64,000 nt of DNA from Planctomycetota bacterium. Its GTDB lineage: Bacteria > Planctomycetota > UBA8108 > SXIK01. Where the stretch lies: positions 320,001-384,000 of the forward strand of contig OZ244999.1 of NCBI GenBank assembly GCA_965223265.1, in the 5' to 3' direction. Both the position numbers and the translations under genes were made by a program. A model generated the notes under the pieces. It did not search any database and was not told the DNA's origin. It was given only the letters and a program-made list of their open reading frames with translations. This document shows positions 1 through 9,284 of the stretch, in pieces (the stretch's first letter is position 1; each line of letters starts with the position of its first letter).

Positions 1-5
1 CATCA

Positions 6-389
6 TTACAACTCGCTACGTTGGAAGCGTAAGGTCCGTGAATCCTCTGTCCCCGCGACGCGATAGCGGATGATGACTGTCAGCATGGAATCGTCAGATT
101 CCACCTGTAGCTCTTCGACGATTACGCGGTGGCCGAGCCAGTTGCCGAGTGCTCGAGTCACGGTCGCCTTGGTCATCCCCTTTGTTGAAGCATCGATGTT
201 CTCGAACACGAGTCGACGGATGTTCGTTCCGATGTCAGGCTGGAACAAACGCTCACCAAGGTTCGTAAGTATGAGCTGCTTGAGCTCTTGGCTGACGTGT
301 TCCCGCAGGTCTTGGATACGAGCTGTGCGACCATCCTCACCGATGCGGAACGGAAACGTGAGGTAGTGTGGGTATGCTGGCTGTGTCAT
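6..389 (-). CDS. GPW/gp25-family baseplate wedge protein (eCIS Afp9-like)
   Basis: Motif FPFRIG..G...HV.Q.L.QLILTNLGERLFQPDIGT.IRRLVF; 127 aa; last complete gene of a tightly coupled operon. Confidence 0.92.
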   Translation of the reverse strand: MTQPAYPHYLTFPFRIGEDGRTARIQDLREHVSQELKQLILTNLGERLFQPDIGTNIRRLVFENIDASTKGMTKATVTRALGNWLGHRVIVEELQVESDDSMLTVIIRYRVAGTEDSRTLRFQRSEL

Positions 390-721
390 ATCGCAGTAAC
401 TTTCTGCTGCGTTCCTGAAATCAGCGCGACACCTTGCGGGGCGTTTTCAGCGTTGATACATTTGCCGATGCTCGACGCCAGGAGGACCTTCACACCTGCA
501 ATCGACACGCTCGAAGCGCCGCCAGTCCATTCGATGCGAAGGCACGGGGACGGTTTCGGACCGATAGTGAACGCGCAACCTGCAACCACGTGAACATCGC
601 TTTCGAGGAGTACTTTTCGAGATGCCTGGACCGAAACGAACTGGTTGGAGGTCATGAGCGTGGCGATGCCTCCGTGGGGGCACTGAATTTGATCTGCTGT
701 CGTCAAGCACGCAGGCATCAC
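386..721 (-). CDS. PAAR-like spike tip protein
   Basis: CPHGG...VAGCAF...PSPCLRIEW Cys/His pattern; lies between spike and gp25 with 4-bp overlaps. Confidence 0.8.
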   Translation of the reverse strand: MMPACLTTADQIQCPHGGIATLMTSNQFVSVQASRKVLLESDVHVVAGCAFTIGPKPSPCLRIEWTGGASSVSIAGVKVLLASSIGKCINAENAPQGVALISGTQQKVTAI

Positions 722-1242
722 GTAATTTCCAAGTTGCTGCCGTTGATGCTCACCGAGGAGTCACTGATTTCGATCTTCTTCGCACCAACCGATAGCGTGA
801 TGCCGTTTCCCGTCAGAGTGATGGAGGGTCCGTCCGCGTGCTCAATCTTGATCTCGCTTCCCTCGTCATCGAGGACGAACTTATGTCCTTCTGTTGTCGC
901 CAACAGCCGCGTCTTCGGCCCACTCGGTGTAGGGATCTCCCCCTGTGCCCACCAAAAGCCGGTCCAAATCGGCTTCGAGAGATTTCCGCCCTCAAACTCA
1001 ATCCAGACACCATCATCCTCTTCAGGGATGGTGACCCAGCCGTGCTGGTTGCCGGCAAAAGGAACTGAAGGTGTCGCCCAGGGTGAGAGCTCGCTGCCGA
1101 AAATTTCAGGCACCTCCGCGCGCACGAAACCCAGGTCGTCTCCGTCGCCAACTTCTCGCACGATACCGCGATACTTGCCGAAGACGTGGGAATCGAGAAA
1201 TTCTGCGACTCGAACGAAGAGCGCTTCGGTTTCGTCGGGCAC
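718..1242 (-). CDS. Baseplate assembly protein V / gp5 OB-fold spike (C-terminal half of a split VgrG)
   Basis: FGKYRGIV..V.D...LG.VRA.VP...WA.P..PFAG..HG...IP...D.VWIEFEGG..SKPIW.G followed by beta-helix-like repeats. Confidence 0.92.
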   Translation of the reverse strand: MPDETEALFVRVAEFLDSHVFGKYRGIVREVGDGDDLGFVRAEVPEIFGSELSPWATPSVPFAGNQHGWVTIPEEDDGVWIEFEGGNLSKPIWTGFWWAQGEIPTPSGPKTRLLATTEGHKFVLDDEGSEIKIEHADGPSITLTGNGITLSVGAKKIEISDSSVSINGSNLEIT

Positions 1243-2354
1243 TAGGAAATTCCTCCTGGAAGACTTGAGCTCGAAGAACTCGAGCGTGCGTTACGCACGA
1301 GGGCGAATTCTTGGCGGTGTTCCGATCGCGTCAAGGTGTGAACGACACTTGATATGACATAGTCACCGCTCTCTTGTGGTGTGACCCCTCGAACCGTGAC
1401 CATCCTGTAGGGTTCAAGGATGTCCGCGTAGCACCCCCGCCGCACAACCCCCCGCGCCACGATCGAAAAACTGTTCCGTCGGACTTCGGCTTCGATGCGG
1501 CTCTGAATGTCCGCATCCTGACGCTCTCCTGGTCGCAACCGGCACGTCGCGACGGCATTGGTGTCGGTCACCGAGGCTTGAGTACCAAGGAGCTCGACGT
1601 CGCGATACTCAGCCCGTCGGGTCGTCACAACTTTGTCCGTTATGCTGAGTGTCGCGACTTCGACGTTGCAGGGGCTCTCCTCGTCGTGACGCAGATCGAA
1701 CGTCTCGATGTTTCTATCCGAACCGGTCAACACAAGGGGCGTCAACCCGTCGGGTTCAGTTGGATATGATTCGAAGACGCCCACTGAGGCACCTGCCTGA
1801 GCGCCTGGGAGAACGTATGCATGCATATTGTTCCGTCGAGCCAAAGTCCTGAGGAGACGCATGTGCGTGCCTCGTAGAACTTCCTCGCTGCGCTGCTCGG
1901 CGGGCGGCTGCGTCGAGTCGATCCGAGTCGATGAAATCTGCTCTAAGCCTGCGTAGATCTGCTGAGCAATTTCGGAGTCACTTTTGTTTCCGAAGTTCTC
2001 CACGCCCTCCTCGCGATTGAGGTAGACGCTATCGTCGTGGACGAGAATCGTCACAGAACTCTGGCCTGGCTGTGAACTCACGTTGGTGTCGCGACCAACG
2101 ATTGGGCCGTCGATTAAGGCACGGAAGCCACCGTCGCCGACGCGCACTTCGATCCGTATTCGCCCGAGGCCACGTAAGTGATCGCCATCGTGGCCAGCCC
2201 AGTTGCCGTCGTCGTCAGCACAGATCGGAATCTCCAGACGCGCTTCAGCTGCCATGTCGGTTTCGAGCTCGACGATGACGCTCTCGAGCATGTCAAGCTC
2301 GCTACGACTGGCGTTCCGTCCGTCAAAGAAAACTCGATATTCGGTCTCGAACAT
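1242..2354 (-). CDS. Late control D / gp27-like baseplate hub (N-terminal half of a split VgrG)
   Basis: LIDGPI, SDSEIA..I, LLR.LARRN, V.VRGV....SGDY.I.SV.H.L motifs; directly upstream of gpV. Confidence 0.85.
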   Translation of the reverse strand: MFETEYRVFFDGRNASRSELDMLESVIVELETDMAAEARLEIPICADDDGNWAGHDGDHLRGLGRIRIEVRVGDGGFRALIDGPIVGRDTNVSSQPGQSSVTILVHDDSVYLNREEGVENFGNKSDSEIAQQIYAGLEQISSTRIDSTQPPAEQRSEEVLRGTHMRLLRTLARRNNMHAYVLPGAQAGASVGVFESYPTEPDGLTPLVLTGSDRNIETFDLRHDEESPCNVEVATLSITDKVVTTRRAEYRDVELLGTQASVTDTNAVATCRLRPGERQDADIQSRIEAEVRRNSFSIVARGVVRRGCYADILEPYRMVTVRGVTPQESGDYVISSVVHTLTRSEHRQEFALVRNARSSSSSSSLPGGIS

Positions 2355-2629
2355 TATTCTTTTGGAACCCTTATTGTTCCTCCGGACACGTCGATCAGAC
2401 GTCGTGCCTCGAGTTCCGTGTTGGCGTCAGCGAGATGCCAGAACTTTGCACCTTCGCGGAAGTACTTGTGCGCAACCAAGTCATGTCTGTCCTGATCGTT
2501 CACCGCCGTGGCCTCGCCTGTCGTCTCCGGGAGCCGTCGAAGCTTGACGACGCGAGCCTTTTTCCCCGATGCCAGAGTCACTTCGATCGTCTCCTGGTCG
2601 ACGTAGCGGGAACCGTTCAAGAACGCCAT
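2354..2629 (-). CDS. Small LysM/tail-X-like baseplate protein
   Basis: F..GSRY N-terminus and DR.DLVA.KY......FW.LADAN; operon position. Confidence 0.8.
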   Translation of the reverse strand: MAFLNGSRYVDQETIEVTLASGKKARVVKLRRLPETTGEATAVNDQDRHDLVAHKYFREGAKFWHLADANTELEARRLIDVSGGTIRVPKE

Positions 2630-2641
2630 GTAAGAGAACTC

Positions 2642-3319
2642 CTAGAAGATCACATCCTCGATCAACGTCTCAATTTCGCCGACTGTATTGGCAAGATTGG
2701 TGGCCGCGAGTGACTCCCTCACGACTTTGGAATACTCAAGGGCACCTTTCGCAATCTCATCACCGCCGCACAGGTCAGGTGTAAATACTGTGAGCCCAAT
2801 TCTCACGTCCGCCTCAATCGGGCTTAGTTTGTAGTCATATCGAGTCTCGGTAATCGACATCTGGTGAATGAAAACCGGTAGGACACGGGTCAGGCCCCAA
2901 ATGAAGAGAAGTCTTGGAAAATTCTCTCGAGGAACCGGTTGGGTGGCATTGTCATCCGCACCACCGATCGCATCGGCGATCTTGTCGACGACGGCTCCAA
3001 TCAGACCTGCAAGTGTTCCACTGGGGTGCACCATTTGCTCAAGCGCGGCCAGCTGCGGCTGGATTCCGGACGCTCGCGCGAGGACGTTGTCTTGATCGAG
3101 CATATCGGCAGCGCTGAAACGCGCTGTGAGATCGAGCTTCTCGAGCGGAATGTCTCCTGCCTGATTCGACTCGCGACTGGAAGATCCTGTCGGGCGTGAC
3201 GGGATTTCTAGCGTTCGCACCATTTGGTCTGGATTGAATTGAAACAGGAGGACGTTCGGTAGCGGGCCAAGAACGTCGCTTCCATACTCGACCAGTGCGC
3301 CTTTGAGCAAATAGCCCAT
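2642..3319 (-). CDS. CIS tube-initiator protein (Afp7-like)
   Basis: LLKGALV, FQFNPD...RTL, LFIWG..RVLPV.I..MSITE...D..L.PI.A.V motifs. Confidence 0.85.
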   Translation of the reverse strand: MGYLLKGALVEYGSDVLGPLPNVLLFQFNPDQMVRTLEIPSRPTGSSSRESNQAGDIPLEKLDLTARFSAADMLDQDNVLARASGIQPQLAALEQMVHPSGTLAGLIGAVVDKIADAIGGADDNATQPVPRENFPRLLFIWGLTRVLPVFIHQMSITETRYDYKLSPIEADVRIGLTVFTPDLCGGDEIAKGALEYSKVVRESLAATNLANTVGEIETLIEDVIF

Positions 3320-3328
3320 GAGTCTAAG

Positions 3329-3610
3329 TCAGCTCCTTGTAGCTCCTTCGATCGGGATTTCTCCTCGTACTTCGCGCAGTACTGCAGAAGCGACGCGACG
3401 GGAAACTGCCGAAGCGTCGTCTCCGGCTCCCATCGCCACGTTCGGTACGTCGACTCGCTCGACACTCATCGACTGGGAAAGACCTTGTCGAAAGTCGTTC
3501 TCGAGCCGTGCAAGCTCAGGTCCTAGCGCCTGAGCCACTGCGCGCGCATACTCGACGTCCCGCCCACGCACGGTGACGAAGAGCCTCTCGAAGCGGATGT
3601 GCGGCATCAA
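3329..3610 (-). CDS. Small hypothetical eCIS protein
   Basis: 93 aa, 4-bp overlap with the ATPase stop; IRFERLFVTVRG beta-strand start like other small eCIS ORFs. Confidence 0.6.
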   Translation of the reverse strand: MMPHIRFERLFVTVRGRDVEYARAVAQALGPELARLENDFRQGLSQSMSVERVDVPNVAMGAGDDASAVSRRVASAVLREVRGEIPIEGATRS

Positions 3611-5781
3611 TCCCTCCCTTCATCGCTGAGGATGTTTTCAACGATTGGCCTGTAGCGACCGAGCTGAGCAGGGCTCATCGAATGATTTAGCTTCTCGAGC
3701 TCACGCCAGGCACTGATCACCATGTCCCGCATCGAGAGCCTCTGCCTCTCGGCTTCCCCGACGCCCCGCGCGTGCGCGCTTTCGAGACAGGCGTTGAAAA
3801 TCGCCGATCGGATGTGGCCACCAGAGAAAGGAAACTTCTTCGCCAGAAACTCGAGGTCGACGTCAGAGGCGTCAACCGTTTCGGGAATTGATTTTTCCCA
3901 GATGGATCTGCGCTCAGAAAGCCCTGGCTTTGGAAAGTCGACGATGTACCGAAGTCTTCTGACAAAGGCTCGATCTAGATCCTCTCTACGATTCGTGGCG
4001 AGAATCGTGAGTCCTTTCGCGGATTCCATGCGTGTGAGAAGGTAGCTCACCTCAGTATTCGCGAAGCGATCGTGCGCGTCTTTGACTTCGGTACGAGAAG
4101 AAAAAACGGCTTCCGCTTCGTCAAAAAAGAGAATCAAATCGCACAGATCCGCTGCGTCGAAGATTCTCTTGAGGTTCTTCGGTGTCTCACCGACGTACTT
4201 GTTGACTACTTGCGACAGGTCAATGCGGTAGAGTGGCAATCCCAATTCAGCGGCAAGAACTTCCGCCGCCATCGTTTTTCCTGTCCCCGGAGAACCGGCG
4301 AAAAGGACTGAGATTCCAGCTTCGTTCCAGGGGCGCGCCGTTCCCCATCGGTAGTGCACGTCCGTGAGAGCCGTCATTGCGTTGCGAACGGCGTCCAGCT
4401 GGGTTCGCTGCTTGGGAGGCAGAACGAGTTCATCTTCGGTGAAGCGAGGGTGAACGCGCTGGGCGAGTTCTCCCATCTCGACGTTGATCTCCGCGCGACA
4501 CGTCGAGCGGAGGTCCCCGGGACTGATCTTACTTCGCACTTGTAGCGAACGGCATGCTGACAGAATCGTCAGTTTTTCGAGCCGATAGCGACGGGAACAT
4601 TCAGAGATCGCTTCGCCTATGTCTTGGGCCGCGGTACCGAGTCCGTCATGCCAAAGAGCTTCACGCTCGGCATGAGAAAGGCCGCGCACGGTGAGAGAGG
4701 CACCGCGGATCCCTTGTGGAATCCAGCGTAGTTCCTTTTCCGACTCGCAGACGACAAATAGATTGATCGGTACCGACGTCGGCAGTCCCAGGCAATCGCG
4801 TCGCTCGCTTGTGGACGCTGGCGGCGCCTCTAAGGGAAGAAGCAAGTCGACGCCGCGTAGCCAGCAACAGGTTGCTGCGATGTCCAAACTGCCAGCGCCG
4901 AAATCGGGCGGCGATCGTGGCGTGACGAGTGAACGTCCAGCCGCGTGAGTTATTTGTGCAACGGCGCTCGCTGCATCGGCTCCACGCGGGCAACTTACCG
5001 GAAAGAGACGTATCTTGTCCGGTTCGCCTGAGCGCAACTGGGAGACGATCACTTTCTCTCTTTCGCCAAGTTCGTTCTCCGCCGGGTCGTCGAGAGTCTC
5101 TATCGTACGCAGCGAGGAGGAAAGCTCGGTTGAAGGAAAGAGAACTGGAAGTGCAATCTGAATCGGGACAGAGAGAGTCTGGTCCCAGTCGATTTCTTCG
5201 CGTCGTCCCTCCGAAGCTCCACCAGGCCGGATCAAACCTAGGCGAAAGAGAGGGTGTGATCTGTCGGCGACTGGCAGGATCTCTGCAGGTCGATCCCAGA
5301 GCCTTTGAGCAAGCGCCAGACTTGGGCGCGTACTCATTGCGTCGTTGAGACATGCAGCAATGACATTTCCTGCGGCCTGATCGCAAGTCACCGAGAGGGC
5401 CAGTGCGAAGACGAAAGCGGCGGCGCTGTCGAGACCAACTTCGGTGGCCACCCAGCCGAAAGATCCGCGCATTGCGCCTGACGGCACCGGCGGAGTGGCG
5501 GCCAGCTGCTCCGAGAGGTGCGCCGCTGTCACGTCCGTCTCGAAGAAGCGTTTCTTCTCTTCGCGGAAGCGACTCATTTCAAGGCTCGACGAGACCTTGT
5601 CTGTGAATGGAGGAAGAATCCCCGAAGATTCGGAACTGAATCCACGCTCGTGCCATAGCCAGCATATCTCTCGGCGTAACCGGACCGTTACCTGCCGCAA
5701 CCAGTACGCAGCGAGGGGATCGTCGGGTTCGATCCCGGGAGAGAAAAGCACGGGCTGACAGCTTGTTGTCGACACGCTCAT
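3607..5781 (-). CDS. eCIS AAA+ ATPase (Afp15-like)
   Basis: Walker A GSPGTGKT, IDLSQVVNKYVGET, Walker B LFFDEAE, DAHDRFAN.EVSYLL.RME, LATN, AFVRRL. Confidence 0.95.
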   Translation of the reverse strand: MSVSTTSCQPVLFSPGIEPDDPLAAYWLRQVTVRLRREICWLWHERGFSSESSGILPPFTDKVSSSLEMSRFREEKKRFFETDVTAAHLSEQLAATPPVPSGAMRGSFGWVATEVGLDSAAAFVFALALSVTCDQAAGNVIAACLNDAMSTRPSLALAQRLWDRPAEILPVADRSHPLFRLGLIRPGGASEGRREEIDWDQTLSVPIQIALPVLFPSTELSSSLRTIETLDDPAENELGEREKVIVSQLRSGEPDKIRLFPVSCPRGADAASAVAQITHAAGRSLVTPRSPPDFGAGSLDIAATCCWLRGVDLLLPLEAPPASTSERRDCLGLPTSVPINLFVVCESEKELRWIPQGIRGASLTVRGLSHAEREALWHDGLGTAAQDIGEAISECSRRYRLEKLTILSACRSLQVRSKISPGDLRSTCRAEINVEMGELAQRVHPRFTEDELVLPPKQRTQLDAVRNAMTALTDVHYRWGTARPWNEAGISVLFAGSPGTGKTMAAEVLAAELGLPLYRIDLSQVVNKYVGETPKNLKRIFDAADLCDLILFFDEAEAVFSSRTEVKDAHDRFANTEVSYLLTRMESAKGLTILATNRREDLDRAFVRRLRYIVDFPKPGLSERRSIWEKSIPETVDASDVDLEFLAKKFPFSGGHIRSAIFNACLESAHARGVGEAERQRLSMRDMVISAWRELEKLNHSMSPAQLGRYRPIVENILSDEGRD

Positions 5782-7001
5782 GGCGCATTCAGAGTCAACT
5801 CCGGACTCTGCCTCGCCTGTTGTCCGTTGACGCTGACAATGACCCGGTAGGTCCCAGCTGGGATCGCAAGAGACTCCGGAACCGAAACGACGCGTTGGGT
5901 CTGCGCGGGCACACCGGGAGGATCCCGAAGGTCATCGAAGACCGCGACGGCACGACTTCCGTTGTGAAGAGCGACAAAAACGTCATCGGTCGCGCTGCCC
6001 AGGAATGTCCCGTCGATGCGAAACTCACCGGCTAAAGGTGAGGTTGAATCCGCTGGATCCGTACGACTGAATGTGAGGGGCGCGACGGACGTGACGGTGG
6101 GGAGCAAATCGAACGCACGGAGGTTACTTGAGCGTTCACGGCCGGCGGGTAGCTTCTTGACGAGGGTCAAAGGATGGCTACCAGCGGAGATTGAGCTACC
6201 GTTGATCGTGGCTGGATCTAGCGTGATGCGCACCGCACCTGGTCGGACCGAGATCACGGGGAGCTCAACCGGCCCGAGTCGAGCCACGACATTGTCGGTC
6301 TCGAGGTTTTCTCCCGAAAGGGTCACGTCGATCCCAGCAGTCCCTAGTGCCGGATCCACTTCGTCGATCCTCATGCCGAGGTTGGCGAAAACCTCGATGC
6401 GAACTCCATCGCGTCCGATCTCGGTCGACGGTTCAGAGCTATAGTCGATCCCCACCAGGAGGCCGTACGAGGATTCTTCACGAGGGGCAATCATTACGGG
6501 GCGTACTTCGAACGCCATGGAGAAGCGATACTTCTCATCGCTTCCTTGCATAAGCGTCGAGAGAAGGCTCGAGGAGGCGTCCGCGAACGTGATCTTCAGA
6601 GGCTCAGGGTTGTTCTCAAGTGCCTGACGTCCTGCGGCGTTGAGTCCGTCGAGGGACACGTAGTTGAGTTCGTGCAAGATGCGCAGGCCGTCACCGAGAT
6701 GGCGATAAGCTGCGATCGAATCGCTTTCGCCTTCTTCGTCGAATGCTGTGATGAGAAAACGTACGGCGAGCCAGAGTGGCGGATTCTGCTGTGGATCCAG
6801 CGGTAGATTCCTGAGAGTTCCCTCATGGGATGCCTCATAGAGAAACAGATTGAAGCGAGGGTTCACGGAGGTGTCTGGATTCGGCGGTTCGGGGCGGCCG
6901 ACGGTTACGTTGAGGCCACTCCGCGCGGTGAGGTGGGTCCGGAGTAGCTCCGCGACCTCTCCGATGGCTCGACTCGAGTCAACCAGCGGCACGGCTACCA
7001 C
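5778..7001 (-). CDS. DUF4255/Pvc16 (Afp16-like cap) protein with C-terminal IPT/TIG-like domains
   Basis: AI..V..LLR..L, NLFLY, LRN, PPL.LAVRFLITAF motifs; C-terminal I..V.P..G.AG..VTL.GENL. Confidence 0.85.
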   Translation of the reverse strand: MVAVPLVDSSRAIGEVAELLRTHLTARSGLNVTVGRPEPPNPDTSVNPRFNLFLYEASHEGTLRNLPLDPQQNPPLWLAVRFLITAFDEEGESDSIAAYRHLGDGLRILHELNYVSLDGLNAAGRQALENNPEPLKITFADASSSLLSTLMQGSDEKYRFSMAFEVRPVMIAPREESSYGLLVGIDYSSEPSTEIGRDGVRIEVFANLGMRIDEVDPALGTAGIDVTLSGENLETDNVVARLGPVELPVISVRPGAVRITLDPATINGSSISAGSHPLTLVKKLPAGRERSSNLRAFDLLPTVTSVAPLTFSRTDPADSTSPLAGEFRIDGTFLGSATDDVFVALHNGSRAVAVFDDLRDPPGVPAQTQRVVSVPESLAIPAGTYRVIVSVNGQQARQSPELTLNAP

Positions 7002-7894
7002 CTCCTCACATAGTGACGCCGAAGCCGAGACTGGGAGGAACTCGTTGTTCGTCGTCTTGAAAACGGCGATGCAGATGGCATCGGAGGAGGTGGGGGTGCG
7101 GGCGGGTTTTCCACTGTGACATGGATTGTCCCAATACTGACATCCACCGACTCAGGTGCACTAGCAGCCGCCACACTCCGCGCCTCAGGTTGGGCGGTCC
7201 CTGGCGGAGGGGCTCCTTCTGCGAGTCTATGGAGTGTGGGGATTTCTTGATTCGATTCGTATGGTTTTTGCCGGTCTGAACTGCTTGCGCCATGCGGTGG
7301 TCCCGAGCCACTCTCGTTATTAGGTGGTGAAGTCAGCCAGTCGCGCACGTTGGTCAGGATCGCCGTGACTCTCTCTCCATGATGTCCAGCACGCTCTGTG
7401 GGTGATCGTCGGTGGGCGTGTGGTTCTCTTTTCACAGACCGACCTTCTTCCTTCGGCTTTGGGATGTCGCGAGAGACGTCCGGTGCATCTAACGGAACCA
7501 AGGAATGCGTCGGGAAAGTGCGAGGGGGAATCGGCTCGTCAGGCGGCTCCGCGTGAGGTGCGCCAGCAGTCTGTCTGACGCGTCCGCCGCTGACGTGCGC
7601 TTCGTCGTCGCCGGGCTCGATCTTACTGCTGGCAAATTCCGCGCTGCTCGCGACGACTTCTTGCGGTGGAACAGCTCGCTCATTCGCCACGGAAGATTGG
7701 AGCGGTACGGTGCCCTGAGGGGACGCTTCCTGGGTTTGGTGGTCAAGTTCAGTCGTCTGCGATGCGGTCGAAGGCAAGACCGGCTGCTCCCCAAACACCG
7801 ACTCCGAGCTCTCGAACGAAGGCGCCGTGGAGACGTCGTTCGTCATCCGACTGGACGGTTCGAGCGACTGTAAGATTCTGTCAAAGTACTTCAT
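6995..7894 (-). CDS. Low-complexity Pro/Ser-rich eCIS-associated hypothetical protein
   Basis: ATG 7894 overlaps the upstream stop (ATGA); C-terminal V.VSIGTI.V.V followed by a Pro-rich tail. Confidence 0.65.
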   Translation of the reverse strand: MKYFDRILQSLEPSSRMTNDVSTAPSFESSESVFGEQPVLPSTASQTTELDHQTQEASPQGTVPLQSSVANERAVPPQEVVASSAEFASSKIEPGDDEAHVSGGRVRQTAGAPHAEPPDEPIPPRTFPTHSLVPLDAPDVSRDIPKPKEEGRSVKREPHAHRRSPTERAGHHGERVTAILTNVRDWLTSPPNNESGSGPPHGASSSDRQKPYESNQEIPTLHRLAEGAPPPGTAQPEARSVAAASAPESVDVSIGTIHVTVENPPAPPPPPMPSASPFSRRRTTSSSQSRLRRHYVRRW

Positions 7895-8718
7895 GGAGTC
7901 GTCGTCGCCGAGACGAGCGCGAGATAAGCGCTCCGGCGCCAAACTGGCAGTTGCATGATGTCTCGTTCCGGCCAGTGATAGGATGCTGCCAGGCGATGGA
8001 CATCCTCGATCACGGTGCGCTGGCGGCGATGAAACGCAGAGAGAATCAGTTCTTCCAAGTCGACCGGGAACTTCGCTTCTTGCCTACAGTCCGGGCATGA
8101 GACGCGTAGGTCGAAATTGACGAGAGGATCTGCTTGAGCGAGAGATTCTTCGATGAGTGCCAGTCGCTTCGTGGTCAGTCTTCGCACGCCTTCAGCCTCT
8201 AACAGTAGATCGCTGACTATGCGCTTGGCGCTAGGTGCCAGGCCGCGACGTTTTTGCTCCGTCCAATCGCGCTGGTCTGCTCCTGTCGGTACCCGTAGTT
8301 GCGCGGACGCGCGTGGAAAGTTGACGCGAACGGATTCTGGTGTCGCTCGGTCACTATGCGATTCAACGACGTGATGGAGAGACAGTTCACACTCCAGGTC
8401 TGCGTTGCATCCATTCACTCGGCACCGAAGTCGCAAGAGCGGAAGCGTTAACTCATCCACGAGCGCAATGCGCAGAAGGCATCCCAGGCGGGTGCCTAGC
8501 GTGAGATTCCAGAGGAATTCCGGATTCACTTTCGCTGCCGGATTGCAGGCACACGCTTCGAGGATGGCCTGTACAACTCGGCAACGATGCGTTGAAGAGA
8601 AATCGAGATCCAAATAGCTCTTTGTTGCCTCGAGTCCCGAGAGTCTTAACCCCTTCGCGCAGAAGCGTTCGGAGAGTGTGTCAGGAATTGGCGGGAACGG
8701 GATGTGATTCGTCAACAT
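7891..8718 (-). CDS. Baseplate hub / tail-assembly protein (T4 gp26-like, Cys-motif type)
   Basis: LTLG.R...LL, C...GC, LR.PTGAD, L..ADPL......CPDC, DVH.LA..YHW.E.DI..LP.WRR..YL; follows the tube gene. Confidence 0.8.
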   Translation of the reverse strand: MLTNHIPFPPIPDTLSERFCAKGLRLSGLEATKSYLDLDFSSTHRCRVVQAILEACACNPAAKVNPEFLWNLTLGTRLGCLLRIALVDELTLPLLRLRCRVNGCNADLECELSLHHVVESHSDRATPESVRVNFPRASAQLRVPTGADQRDWTEQKRRGLAPSAKRIVSDLLLEAEGVRRLTTKRLALIEESLAQADPLVNFDLRVSCPDCRQEAKFPVDLEELILSAFHRRQRTVIEDVHRLAASYHWPERDIMQLPVWRRSAYLALVSATTTP

Positions 8719-8747
8719 GAAACGCGCCCCAAACGATAGCTCATGTG

Positions 8748-9269
8748 TTAGCTCGAGGGAGGAACTGCGGCCTTCTCATCTGGTTCTGTCGTCTGAGGGT
8801 CACGTTCCCACCCTTCGAGCTCGAGCTTCAGCGACTCGATCGCTACGGCATTGGCGTTTGCGTCAAGTTCCGGCATCGCGGTGTATTCGCTGACCCAGCA
8901 ACCGTGCAAAAAGAACCGCAGGGCTACCTGCCCGCGCTCATTCATCACCTCCAGCGATAGCTCTCGCTTGTAGTTCACGAGATCCATCGACGGATCACCA
9001 GCGAAGGAATGAACCGAACTCGCCCATTGCTCAAACTCCGGATCGTGTGTTCTGCCACGCTCGAGAGTGATTCCGTCGTAGGACGTGCGACCAGGAGATT
9101 TGTGGTCGTAGCTGTTCTCCCCGCCGGAGCGATGTGACACGACCTCGGTGGTTCGTTTCAGTGTGCTCACTTTGCTGACCCCTAGGACTGTGCGTCCATC
9201 CGCGACTTTCAATCGAAACTTGAAGTTCTTGTAAGGGTCGTAGCGATGCGCGTTCGCAGTGAATTCCAT
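8748..9269 (-). CDS. Tail tube protein (T4 gp19-like, Afp1/5)
   Basis: RYDPYKNFKFR, VSKVS.LKRTTEVV.HR.GG, KSPGRT.Y..ITLERG.THD.EFE.WA, LDANANAVAIE...LE.EGWERD. Confidence 0.97.
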   Translation of the reverse strand: MEFTANAHRYDPYKNFKFRLKVADGRTVLGVSKVSTLKRTTEVVSHRSGGENSYDHKSPGRTSYDGITLERGRTHDPEFEQWASSVHSFAGDPSMDLVNYKRELSLEVMNERGQVALRFFLHGCWVSEYTAMPELDANANAVAIESLKLELEGWERDPQTTEPDEKAAVPPSS

Positions 9270-9284
9270 CGCAGCACTTCTCCT

